From Paragordius varius (Eukaryota > Animalia > Nematomorpha): a DNA stretch of 64,000 bases. The translations under genes and the position numbers were made by a program. The notes under the pieces are model-generated. The model was not told the DNA's origin, ran no database searches, and saw nothing but the letters and a program-made list of their open reading frames with translations. The first letter of the stretch is position 1, and each line of letters opens with the position of its first letter. The stretch lies in assembly GCA_964247055.1 (NCBI GenBank), contig OZ176051.1:5146001-5210000 (forward strand), read 5' to 3'. Shown here one piece after another: positions 26,901 through 38,230 of this stretch.

Positions 26901-27051
26901 ATGGTTGAGCTGAATCATCCTTATTGTTTATATTAGAATAATAATTGGAGGATTTAAAAAGCCTATTGAAATTTAGGCGCTTTTGTTTAGGAGTTTCCAC
27001 GGTTTTTGAAGGTTTGCTCTTTTGAGCAAATAACGTATTGTTTTTAAACAT
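11968..27051 (-). CDS. RNF19A: RBR E3 ubiquitin ligase of the RNF19 (Dorfin) type, ~20 exons, ~1775 aa
   Basis: Exons: 27051-26878, 26855-26569, 26540-26442, 25983-25846, 25310-24688, 23886-23733, 22580-22418, 21953-21845, 20869-20569, 20186-20059, 19778-19208, 19052-17991, 16540-16020, 15721-15707, 15676-15543, 15455-15355, 13779-13507, 13271-12990, 12696-12640, 12103-11968 (5328 nt, all phases consistent). RING1 CPLC...CDHIFCRSC...CPKC; [12 protein letters not shown]...CASCP...FCYHCK.VWHPN.TC; RING2 CPRC...[10 protein letters not shown]...[39 protein letters not shown]; TM region [15 protein letters not shown]; late STKAMAGSI motif. Low-complexity middle exons are less certain; RNF19A vs RNF19B is not resolvable. 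Confidence 0.9.
14160..14700 (+). repeat. Dispersed repeat, copy 1 (diverged direct copy at ~52360-52890)
   Basis: Colinear shared blocks AAAAGTTTTAGATATGAAG, GAGAGCGCAAAAAACTG, GATGTAAAAGTTATTTGG, CCTAGTGGATA and ATTACATAATGG. Confidence 0.8.
15677..15706 (-). other. Candidate 30-nt micro-intron preceded by a 15-nt micro-exon (RNF19)
   Basis: gtatttaaacatattttgtaacaaaaacag removes the only in-frame TAA from an otherwise open exon that starts at a strong ttttttag acceptor (15722); direct splicing to 15676, skipping the micro-exon, is also in frame. Confidence 0.5.
20947..21260. mobile_element. MITE family A copy (left end truncated)
   Basis: Six 21-nt CAATTCAAATTCACCCTTGAA-like units, shared AT-rich core, right end GAATTTGAACTGTTAATG. 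Confidence 0.75.
22177..22368. mobile_element. MITE family A copy lacking the core (near-pure palindrome)
   Basis: About three forward 21-nt units directly followed by about four reverse-complement units, ending GAACTGTAAATGG. Confidence 0.8.
22706..23357. mobile_element. hAT-family MITE in RNF19 intron
   Basis: TAGGGTTGTGC ... GCAAAACCCTA ends, GACC/GGTCA subterminal repeats, perfect 8-bp TSD ATTACAAT. Confidence 0.9.
26541..26568 (-). other. 28-nt micro-intron (RNF19 coding intron 2)
   Basis: gtaaaatttttataaaaatatattttag joins the RING1 exon to the [24 protein letters not shown] exon (phase 2); an AG 9 nt further on (37-nt intron) is also in frame. Confidence 0.8.
26856..26877 (-). other. 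22-nt micro-intron (RNF19 coding intron 1)
   Basis: gtacaataatatttaaatttag joins ORF 26869-27051 ([13 protein letters not shown], like the RNF19 PKKRRISIGSLFR segment) to the RING1 ORF, phase 0; both ORFs are closed by stops inside these 22 nt. Confidence 0.75.
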
Positions 27052-27832
27052 TTTCTATCAATTTGGTCATTTTATTGACCTTTGGGTTTCCAGTACAAAA
27101 TTAGGTTCCAATTCGAATCAGTTGTTTTAACGTAAAAACCAGAAACATGCTTCTACGCACATTATATAAATTACATAAAATTGGGGTATGATAATATCTT
27201 GTTAATATAATATTATTTTATGAAAAATGTATTATGTTTCTCATTTTCTTTTAATATTGGGACCCACGACTCATTGAATTTAGTTTATTTCTGTTTATTT
27301 ATCCTTATCGAATAGTCTTAAAAGAGGGCATATTATGTCAAAAAAAAATTAAATAAGATTTTCGCAATCATATCGGAATAATATTTATAATATATTTAAA
27401 TTGTATGATGTGACCATAGAATATCTCATATTTTTTGATCTTTCCAAATACGCATCAAGATGCAGAGATTAGGGTTAAAATTTTTTAAAAAAATGATAAA
27501 TTAGACATATGTTTTTGAAAGACGTATACTTTACTTGAAATAAGCATTATTACATTTTAAGGTGCCTTTAAAACGGTGTAATATCTTCTATGATATTATT
27601 AATTCTTGCGGAAGTTTTTATATATGTATTTTACGTGAAAGACTCGGTTTTTAAATAAGCCTATATTTTAAAAACATAATTAATATAACCTAAAAATTAT
27701 ATTCTTTTATATTTCTCAAAAAACTATCATATGTAAATTTATTGAAAACTGCCCAAAATATTATGGAGTGTTAATCTTTTTTACTTTTCAGGGTAATTTT
27801 TTCATCTAGCGATTCAATTAATAATATATTTA

Positions 27833-28857
27833 TAGGGTCGGGTGATAAAAAATTTTTTTGACTTGACTTGCAAGTTTTTCAAGTCATGGCTTGCTTTCAT
27901 GTGATAAAAAATATTTAACATTACACGACTTAAGTCAAGCAAGAAAACTTGATAGGAGGTGATAAAAAATCATATGTTCAAGTAAAACAAAGATTTTGCT
28001 AAGTGTGGTGTAGGGCACACTTGACAGATTTAAAAATATGGATTAAATTATTTTGGAAACTATTTATGTGCAAAATTTAGGTTTTATATGTAATTCGAAT
28101 CTTTGTTAATGCTATAAATTGTTAATTTGATAAATTTTGGCTAATTAATCCATTCATTGGGTGGATAAAAAAGAGGATAAATTTATAGAAAAACTCTGCT
28201 AATATTAAATAACATGGCACATAAAAATATGCTAAATATATCAATTCCGGAACCTCAAAAAAATTAGATTCTCGAATCTTGTAAAATTTCAAATCTTCGT
28301 TTATTAAAAGCAAAACTTTACTTTAACCAATGTAAAGAATCAATTTCATCATAAATTTATTTCGAATGTAATGTTTATAATCAAATAATAATTATGTTAT
28401 TGTGTATAAACATTTTCCCATTATATTTGCAACTGGACTCCAAACAAAATAAGTAGTGTGGTAAAATAATGGAAAGTGTTTTAAGGGCGAATGGTTTCAT
28501 CAATCTAAAAATTATTACCAGGCTCACAATTTAGAAAATTCTATAATATTATATAAGATACGTGCAGTGAGTTAAAAAACTTTATAAATGCATATTGTAT
28601 TTATTGTTTATATTTTTGTGCCTTATTTCATAAATTTTAGCTGAAAATGATCAAAAAAATTTCCATAAAATTCGAATTGGGTGGCAAAAAAGTGTTACAT
28701 TCATAAGCAAAAGACTTAACTTAAGTGTTTTTTTTATCACCGATCTTCAAGTGTACACTTGCTGGCTTAAGTAATCTTGCTCAACTTGCCACGCTTGGCT
28801 TACAAGTCAAGTGCGACTTTTTTATCACCCCACCCATAATATGTAATAATTATATGC
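27833..28857. mobile_element. ~1-kb TIR element with CTTGACTTG/CAAG subterminal repeats (hAT-like ends)
   Basis: AGGGTCGGGTGATAAAAAA vs reverse complement TGGGTGGGGTGATAAAAAA; repeated GTGATAAAAA; no clear TSD. Confidence 0.65.
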
Positions 28858-29009
28858 TTTATATGTTGAATATACAAAATATCTTTAAAAAAGGCGAACA
28901 TTTTAAATCCGACTCTAACTTTTAGTTGAAAAATATTTATTATTGGCAATTATTGTATACTCTATTAGCATTCAGACGAGGAATTTATATCCCAGAGCGA
29001 CATACACGA

Positions 29010-29500
29010 TTATCTTTAAATAATTTATGCCATAGTGTATTTGCAAGTTTTAGTTGTAGATAATTACACCGAAATGTAGCCGTCTACAAAAAAATGATAT
29101 GGCAAGAAAGTGTTTTTATTCGTACTCTAGAGCTGATATCTGTAAAAGTAAAGCCTTTTATCATTTAGCATAAACACCCTATAATTGCAAGTTAGAAGAC
29201 ATAAAACACTCTAAGTATCCTTCAATACTGGCTCAAATAAATCTCACATATCTTATACCCATAATGTATTTGAAAACTACCTAAATTTACCAGAAAAAAC
29301 CATACCATACAAACCTCAATATCTCATATTTAGTGATGATAGTCCAAGCCGTTATAGAAATCGTAGTATTGATAAATCCATCAATTTAAAACAATAAAAC
29401 ATTGTGGGGCTGGTTTTACCATGGTTCATAATAAACCTATTCTAATCAACCAATGCAAATTTGTATAAGCCTCTTGAGGATGTAATTGAAAAACAATCAT
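29010..29500 (+). pseudogene. Possible decayed DD(D/E) transposase relic (Sola-like motif pattern)
   Basis: Frameshifted fragments LQKNDMARK..SKAFY...YNC, LIFSDDSPSRYRNRSI and DVIEK loosely resemble the FDLQ..FY..YN / SDNC.GQN.N / IEK pattern; heavily degraded. Confidence 0.3.
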
Positions 29501-30199
29501 CCTCTTTTTATAAAATTTTACAGGTATCTCTTGGACCCTAAAAAGCAAAATAATATTAATTTTTACTGCAAAGAAGTACTATTATATTTATTACTGGATG
29601 GCCCTCACACTTCGCCGTGACATATTCACTGATTAATATTCTAGTTAAAATTTTGAAGTTAATAGACGTAATATTAAAAAATTAATAATACCTAAAGATA
29701 TTTACTAAAAAGAATGTTGATTTTTCTTTTACGGGTTTTTGCATTTGCTCAAATATTGTACATCTGTCTTTATGAATTTATTTTAAGATATTCGTATTTA
29801 AAAATATTGGTATTTATGACACTGTGTACAAAATCGGTGATAAAAATACCTAATGAAATATATAGATTCTGATAAAAAAATCTACATTATCAGGTGCTTT
29901 AGTTTTAGCATTTATGAATGATTAAAAAATTTTGTGGTAAACAAGTAAAGGGTGTAGCGTCGGGAGATCCCCGGCAACCTGCCGTCAAGGCATTCCCTAC
30001 CCACCCGTAACCTATTAATCTTCTGAGCGGGGAGACACATCGGAGTTTGGGTTTGATGTTAGTATCTACATACATCAATAAATGCCTTCGTGTTAGATGA
30101 GTTATTATAAGTTAGTAGGGTTAATTAGCTATAAATCTAATATATATATATATATATATAAATATATATATATATCAAAAGAAATGTTAATTTCGCCGT

Positions 30200-30670
30200 G
30201 TTATGTAAGTAAAAGCAATATTTGACTTTAAATAACCTTACAAACAGGGTTGTGGTTTTTACTCCACAAAGTAATGTCAAATGTCTATGTCGAGTCAAAT
30301 GTGAATAGAATTTTAGGATGTTATCTTTGGTGCAAAAGGAGTCTTCATTTGCTTCTAAATGAGTGTGGCTAAGGTAGACAAATTTTGGAGATATTAGACA
30401 TCCCGAGTGTAAACATTACCCCTTGACCATGTTTCAGCTGTACCTACAACTGGTAGGCTAACCCGGGATAAATAGCCGTTGTCTTGCTCTGATCTAATTC
30501 TCAACTCCGGCCACAAGAGATGCCGGATTTTAGTAAACAGCCCTGCGCTTGTATCAGCGGCTCCAACACCCCCCCCAGGATGTCATTGTCCCACAATGCT
30601 TGGCAAGTAGTCTCGTCAGAGTCGGGTCTTGCATGGCTTGAGTTTGCAAAGGTACATTTAAAGCTCGTAA
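30200..30670 (-). mobile_element. Possible decayed Ty3/Gypsy pol fragment (connection / integrase Zn-finger region); partial second copy at 31120-31230
   Basis: GC-rich island; broken reading QTQAMQDPTLTRLL ... GVMF ... KICLP*PHSFRSK*RLLLH resembles Q..DP.L / RLCVP..LR..ILH; TATCAGCGGCTCC and TGGCTTGAGTTTGCA are shared with the 31120 copy. Confidence 0.35.
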
Positions 30671-31707
30671 CATATATATATATATATATATAGAAAGCAA
30701 TCCTTAATATTGACTATATTAATTTATGCATTTACCATTAACAAATATGTAAATATTTATAATGTGGAAATCGTCGTAAAATAACGTAAAAATAAAATAT
30801 GATTTATTGGTTTTAAATTTTCGCCATAGGCTTTATCAGGAAATACAGGTAAAATATATATATATATATATACAGATGAAAAATTAAATAAATTGAATAT
30901 CATGAATGATACTACTTATATAGAAAACGCAAAGAAGTCATTGTGTTATAAACCCTTACCAATTCAAATAAATAATTATCATAAAATACCAACTCATTTT
31001 CAAAGAGTGATCCAACAGATATGGGAAATAATAAAAATAAACTACCGACTCTGCAATCAAACCATCTATCTGTCAGAGTAAATATCCGACTCAAATAAAA
31101 TGTCGAAAATTGGAATCAGCCAGGCTTAATTATCAGCGGCTCCGATGCCATCGTCTCAAGATTGAAAAAAGTGCTGTTGGATTCTACAGTGGCTTGAGTT
31201 TGCATTAGCGCATTTATTGCCCGTGGCATGCATGGGAGCAATACGAATATAAACCATAGTTTATGTGGTTACCGTCAATAAGTTTAAATAAAATGGGTTA
31301 AATTATTATCGACCATTCCCGAAAATTGATTTATAAACAAAAATTTAGTATACCTTAATCCAAAGATTGAAAATTTAATATTCAAAATAAACTATCAACT
31401 CCAACAAAGCCATTTATTTGCTAGGTTCACCTTTCATTTAAACCTTTAGCAGAATCTATAGGAATAGAAATTTGAGCTGCTCTTTGGTAAATGGAGTGTC
31501 TTCATAGGAAGTATCTATATTTATATCATTCGTGGGTTATAAGAATGGAAATAAAATATGGCGCTATAATTTATGTTCCATTCTCAAAATAAATCGTATA
31601 AAGAATTTTAAACACGCTTGATTAAATTTTTTTGTCTAAATTCATACAAATCCATATCCTTTACTTGCAATATCCATGCTTTAATTGGTCTCACAGAGTC
31701 ATCTCAT

Positions 31708-32658
31708 TTTTGTGGTAAGTGCTCCATTTAAAAAAAAATAAAAAAAATTTGCCCACTTTTAAAAAAGGTTTTTCTGAAAGTTAAATGCTCTATTCCAAAA
31801 AAATCACTAAAATATAACATAAACTAAATAGAAAAAGCCAAATAAAGTAGTTAATAAAAATAATTTTTAGATATGGGGTCCAAAAGTCGGCAAATTTTTT
31901 TGTTCGTCTAAAACGGGCTAAACGCAAAAATGCCGATATTGAGCGATAAAAACGTTAAATATAAGCTAATTGTATAAACCAAAAATATGAAAGCTTTAAT
32001 TTTTAGAAAAATTTGATAGAAGCGCACTTTAAACCATTTTTAGGCATCGTGGAAACAGTTTAAAACGCTTTGACATATTATAAACACTTTTTCTATATCA
32101 TTAGATAATGCCGAATATTTCTATCGCTTCAGAATTTTAATAAGGTTCGTGTGCTTTAAAATTTGGTGAGCTTTAATATTTTTAATATAAGTTTGAAGCC
32201 TAACAATAATCTAATCAAATTTCTGAGGTGATAGAAATGTTTAGCATCATTATCAATTTTAGTAAATTGTTTAATATCTTAAAACATTTTTATACCGTTT
32301 CCATCATGCCTCAAAATTCAACAAAATTTTGCTAAAATTAATTTTTAAAAAAGTATGCTTTTTTAAAAAATATTTTTGGACATCGAAATTCAGCATTTAT
32401 TTAAAATTCCTTTCGAGAAATCTAGGCATTTACGCGTTTTAAAGAGAAATAGCCCATTTTAGAGGAGCGTAAAAATGATTTTCGAAGCCCATATCTAAAC
32501 TCGAACATTTTTTAAAAATATTATTTTGCTTTTTATTTGTAGTTTATAATATATTTTAGTGATATTTTATGGAATGAAGCAACTAGCTTTCACCAAAAAA
32601 ATTTTTATTTTAAGAACGCAAATTTCGCCATTTTTCGATATGGACCACTTACCAAAAA
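31708..32658. mobile_element. ~950-bp palindromic (foldback) element
   Basis: TTTGTGGTAAGTGCTCCA vs reverse complement TTTTTGGTAAGTGGTCCA; internal arm matches GATATGGGG, AAAACGGGCTA and GCATCGTGGAAAC; centre near 32180. Confidence 0.8.
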
Positions 32659-34199
32659 AGTGTAAATAACTTTCTTAAATCACCCGTAGGGCTCAAGTTA
32701 AAAGACCTGATAATCCTGATACATTATATATATAACATATTTTTTTCAAATTCAAAACATCTCCTGCTAATTGACATAACCTGAATATATATTGGGTGAG
32801 TGCCGTAAAACGTTTTTAATTATTATATTAAGAGCTTACGGTTGTTTGTAAATTTTATTAATCATCTCTACAGTATTGGGCCAAATATTTTTGGATGAAT
32901 ATTAAAATTGGATCAAATAATATTTTTCTTCTAAAGAACAGAGACTTTATGAAACGTAATCAAAGAACATAAACTGATATAATTATATAACCGACTAAAA
33001 ATATATAAACCCTTTGCGAACAAGCGATGGTGTTCTTAAAAAAATATTTAAAGGAAGAATTAAAATCAATTTAATTTTTTATTTTAAAATAATTTTTTTA
33101 TATAAAATTTTGTCATTACAATTTTTGCGCCCCGCGTGTTAGACACCCGTGTTTTAGATGTATATGATTAATTAATTTTTTTGCTTTCAATATAAATTTT
33201 GAAAAAAAAATGTATGCGTGGTGTGTAGTTTATACCTTAGACTTAAACGGTAAAAAAATGTTTTTAGGACATAATGTATATCCCAGGTATATGTATATAA
33301 AATGATTTGCTTTTAAGTCGGCTTTACCATATATTTCAGTATTTAAATTATTTCACAAGTCAATTACACTGTGCAACAAAATATGGGGTCAATTTTCTGG
33401 ACTCGATTTTCTAAATATTTTCTGATTCCTTATAGTATTGTGATCAGATTTGCGTAAAAAATTTTTTTACTTACCCAGGTCGTTTTCGAGATATGGGACT
33501 TTTTCCATATTTGGACATTTCCAAAATTTTCTTGTTTGTAAATATTTTTCGCTATGTAAACAAATAATATGTGGCTTACATAAGTATTTTTACAAGAAAT
33601 TACTAATTTATCTTCAAAATAACAAAAAATTACTCAAAATATCCAATACTTTTTGTTTTAGGGGGCAAAAACCCTCAAAAATTGGGTAACTTAACATTTT
33701 TTCACACAAATATTTTTCATCAATTTATTAAATCAATACAAACTTTATTATATGTTATTGGATGTTAATAATGTTTGTTTAAGTAAAAATATCACTTTGT
33801 AATAGCTTTGTGGACTTTAATTTTTAAAAATAAATTTAATTTTTACAGCTTTTTTGCTGTTTTTTTTATGTAAAAAATTATTTAATTTACTCAGCTGTAA
33901 ATACTAATTTCATTTTTTCATCTGAAATTTTTAAATATTTACACGGTAAGGAGCAAGCCTGTCACACCCTTTTCTGGATACCTGGATGATATATTCAAGA
34001 ATACTAAATTTTATGCCTTAAAATATAATCCTAACCATGTAGGATGATAGTCGGGTTGTTATGATTAATAATTTACCCTATATTAGTTAGCTTATGAAAA
34101 TATAATATTATCCTTCTCTCTTACCTTAGTGCATAATACACCTTTGTCCTTGTTACGCTAAAAATGTATATTATCTTGGTTGTGAATGCTTTCATCTAA

Positions 34200-35341
34200 G
34201 GGCCATGTGAATGAGCCAGTTGAGCCGGCTCATTTACCACTTTTAATAATCCGAGTGAATGAGCCTTCCTCATCCTGTTGAGATGGAAGAATTTTTAATC
34301 CTGGTTCAGGGTTAAGGTTATTACAAAAGCCGATATCTCGAGAACTAGGAAGAATTTTTGGAATCTGAAAACTCTATTAGCCTAAATAAAGTAAATTTAA
34401 TATATGTATATGGTAGGTTATGGAAATTTTGGACATGTATCAAAAAATATTTTTCGGGCAGATGCTTACTAAAGGTTATAATGTTTTAGTGCTTTATTTT
34501 TATATATTTAGGCAAGAAATGGTAGTTAGTTGAAGTTTATAAGCAAGTTCAACTGAATATTTAGAAAATCATTGTATAACTACTGATATGTTTTTTCAAG
34601 AATTCAGAATATGTCATCATATAATATTTTCCGCACTTGAAACCATTCTAAATAGTGAAATCATCAGGAATACTATCGAGTATTTTTTAATTTGGTTTAT
34701 TTTAGACATGAAACTCTGCTACTTACTAATGATAATCGGAGTATTCGGTAATACATATTTCCATAAAAGCGATAGGTAACATTGACGAAAATGAGTCAAA
34801 CTTTATATCAGAAGATCAGACAACACCTATATTGAATAGCCATCAGACAGGAGTAGATCAAGAAACGATTTAATTTGACAATTTTATTAATAATTTATTT
34901 TTACACAATAAATGAATATATTTTATAAATATTTAAATATTGATCATTTCTTCGAATAAAGCCTCCCAGACCTTAAGCTTTTCGTTATTGCTAAATTTAT
35001 TTTTAGGATTCATAAAGAGGCACAGATATCTAGAAATTATTAAACAAAACTTTTTAATAAGACCCCCATATAAATCGCGTGTAACTGTTTTCATCATATT
35101 GATAAAAATACAAAACAGGCCTTCGCCATTGCTAAATTTATTTACGGTATTCATAAAGATGGATGCTATAAATTATTTGAACAAAATAACCTAAATAACG
35201 TGTAGAACTGTTATCCATCATACTGATAAAAATTTTCAAAACTCCCACCTCAAAAACTCAATCACCTCCCTCAAACATATGCTTCTTCATAACCCATAAT
35301 CCAGGTGAATGAGGTTGAAAATTGGCTCATTCACATGGCCC
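34200..35341. mobile_element. PIF/Harbinger (Tourist-like) non-autonomous element nested in the long-TIR element
   Basis: 19-bp TIR GGGCCATGTGAATGAGCCA / TGGCTCATTCACATGGCCC with TAA TSD on both sides; internal GAATGAGCC repeats. Confidence 0.9.
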
Positions 35342-35538
35342 TAAATATTAATGCAACATTGTTTTAAAACTATATATAATGCAATATATTTTATACACGA
35401 TATATATAATTTTTTATGCTATAATAAATTCTTTTTTTCGCTTATTACACGGGTAAAAATATTGTATCTCACAGCAAAAAATCTATGTAAACTATTTAGA
35501 GGGGGGGGGCGTTTTTGGGCCGTTCGAGTAGAAAGCAC

Positions 35539-35802
35539 TCATAGAGACGGTGAATATGCAAAAAATGCTTTTCGTATCGTATCGTCTTTGTGTAATGGCC
35601 AGCCATTGTATCCGTATAGAAGCTGTCTGTAATATTTACGATCCTGCCAGGCGTTATCATCAATGTTGGCAACATTTATATCATTATTTATTGTTTTTTT
35701 CCAGTTAGATGTTGGTCCCCCTGTTATTGTTACCTTCTTGATGTAGTGTAACTTATTGGGTTGGAATAAATCCGCTTTTCTATGTTCATAGTTTTTTCTC
35801 AA
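35539..35802 (-). mobile_element. 3' fragment of an RTE-type non-LTR retrotransposon
   Basis: TITGGPTSNWKKTINNDINVANIDDNAWQDRKYYRQLL resembles the RTE ORF tail RGRP..W...I..D.......A.DR..WR.L. Confidence 0.55.
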
Positions 35803-36727
35803 TTAAATCTGTCATCGGCCAAAGGTAAGAGAGAAGGATATTATATTTTCATAAGCCAACTAATATAAGGTCAATTTAAACATAACAAACCGTCAGTCAT
35901 CCTAAATTTTAAAATAAACAATTACTTGGTTAAGATTTTATTTTAAGGCATAATAGTATTGTTGAACACATCATATATGGTAAATATTTAAAATTTTCAG
36001 ATGAAAAAATGAAATTAGTATTTACAGCTGAGTAAATTAAATAATTTTTTACATAAAAAAAACAGCAAAAAAGCTGTAAAAATTAAATTTATTTTTAAAA
36101 GTTAAAGTCCACAAAGATATTACAAAGTTATATTTATACTTAAACAAACATTATTAACATCCAAGAACATAAAATAAAGTTTGTATTGATTTAATAAATT
36201 GATAAAAAATATTTGTGTGAAAAAATGTTAAGTTACCCAATTTTTGAGGGTTTTTGCCCCCTAAAACAAAAAGTATTGGATATTTTGGGTAAATTTATTT
36301 TTTATTTTGAAGATAAATTGGTAATTTCTTGTAAAAATACTTATGTAAGCCACATTTTATTTGTTTACATAGCGAAAAATATTTACAAACAAGAAAATTT
36401 TGGATATGTCCAAATATGGAAAAAGTCTCATATCTCGAAAACGAGCTGGGTAAGTAAAAAAATTTTTTGCGCAAATCTGATCACAATACTATAAGGAATC
36501 AGAAAATATTTAGAAAATCGAGTCCAGAAAAAGTTGTGTCACAGTGTTATGTATTCGTTCAACATGATATCAGGGAATGAACGAAAAATAAATATTATAC
36601 CTAAATGATGTTTTTAAGAAAAAAAAGATTATTAATATCTGCTATTAGCTGCGCCAGTTGGTAACGTGAAACAATATTAAATAAAATAAAATTTATTGTA
36701 ATAATGCCAATAGGTAAACAAAAAAAT

Positions 36728-38230
36728 TTATTTTTCATCACAAAGAGCTTCAGATGCTTCTCGATATCTCTTTTCCCATAATTTTTCGTGGTCGACAAAC
36801 CCATCTTTCCCTTTGTTGAATGAATTAGGTCCAGATGAAGTTGGTGTATTTCTACAAACACAAAACAGTACAAGAGATGATAAAAAATTGAGATTTTTTT
36901 ATATTAGATGGAAAACAAAAATATGACTATTACCAAGTTTATTATGGTTAAGTGTATGTAAAAAAATTATATAAATTCAACGGTATTAAAGCGAAATTAA
37001 TATAAAAAGAATTTTTGTCGGTCAATACAAATATTATTTAAATATATGTGTTTGCATTTGCAATTACAATTATATCTGATGTAATGGGTAATATTGTTAG
37101 GGTGTGAAACCAAATGTAATGAAAATTTAATGATGGCATACCATTTTTCATTAAATATTTACACTACATTTGTGATTTAAAAATTTATATCATATGATTC
37201 CAATTTTACTCGATCAAAGCCAAATTATTTTTTAATATTTTGATAATTAGCCTTTCAATAACTTATAGCCTGATTTTTGTGTTATAATTATAAGTAATAT
37301 AATTTTCTATAACACAATGCGCATAAGTTTTAATCTTATTGATTCATATGCTAATCAGTATATCAAATATGCAAGATTTACAGGTTTGAACAACCGATTT
37401 CAGTTTCTATATCTCGTGAAAAGGCGATTTTCCACATATGTACAAATAATTTTTTTATAAACAAAAAAAATTAAATAATTTCGCAGATTCAACATATTTA
37501 AAGCCTATTTTTGGTTTATATGTCTCTTTATTTATACATTTTTATCAAGTGAGGGTTTAAAGCATTTTAAAATCAAAAAACTGTTGAAAGAACCACAAAA
37601 GCTTATGAAAAAAATTGATAAGAAAATATATGCAAAAATTGAGTTCGCGTTTAAACAAAATTTTAATTGACAATTAAAAAAATTTGAAAATATTAAATTA
37701 AAATGTATTCTGAATCAACTAATTCTTCAAGATTATATTGTGTGAGAAAAAATTAATTTAAATATTTACCGGGTATGTGAGGTATCAAATTGTAAAAACA
37801 TATCTTTCCAAAATTTAATCATAATAAAAATTAAAAAAGATGATCTAAGACTAATTGATAAAATTGATTAAAATATACTTTCCAATATTCCGCATCTTCA
37901 TTTTCGCTTCAAAAGGCATTTCTTCTGGTTCACTCTGGAGATAATAAAAAAGAATACCTCATCTTCGATAAAAATGGATGCTTTTAATTTAGATTCTTTA
38001 ATTACAGCGGGAGGTTTTTGTGGATTTTTGTTTAGCTTTAAAGCTATTGTGTTTTTTGGCTTTTGAAGCTGAGTTTCAAAAACTTTTGGCTTCTTAGATT
38101 CAACTGTTGCGTTATCACTTTTCCTTTTTTCAATAAAATTAACATTTTCTTTCTTCCCTATTTATACTAGAACGTTAGATAAGGTTTATATAAAAACTTT
38201 CATCAAAAAATAAAATTTACCTTTTTCCAT
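36728..38230 (-). CDS. PCNP: PEST proteolytic signal-containing nuclear protein, 4 coding exons, ~129 aa
   Basis: Exons 38230-38221, 38157-37958, 37934-37879, 36851-36728; encodes [51 protein letters not shown], the conserved PCNP C-terminal domain. Absent from the ORF track. The start Met is inferred. Confidence 0.93.
37935..37957 (-). other. 23-nt micro-intron (PCNP)
   Basis: GAG|gtattcttttttattatctccag|AGT splits the contiguous conserved motif EDE|SEPEEMP; length is 3n+2, so it cannot be read through. Confidence 0.92.

Larger units (their letters stand above)
33367..36546. mobile_element. 3.18-kb element with ~750-bp TIRs, CACTGTG termini and TTA TSD
   Basis: tta|CACTGTG ... CACAGTG|tta; arms 33367-34130 and 35820-36546 are closely matching reverse complements; no transposase. 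Confidence 0.88.

Noticed and set aside
29945-30110. GC-rich segment as a tRNA, snRNA or hammerhead ribozyme
   Set aside because: No cloverleaf/B-box, Sm site or complete CUGANGA...GAAA core found; more likely part of the adjacent retroelement relic.
36226-36250. Similarity to nematode spliced leader SL1 (TGTTAAGTTACCCAATTTTTGAG)
   Set aside because: Several mismatches, no following GT donor/Sm-site architecture, and it lies inside a TIR mirrored at ~33670.
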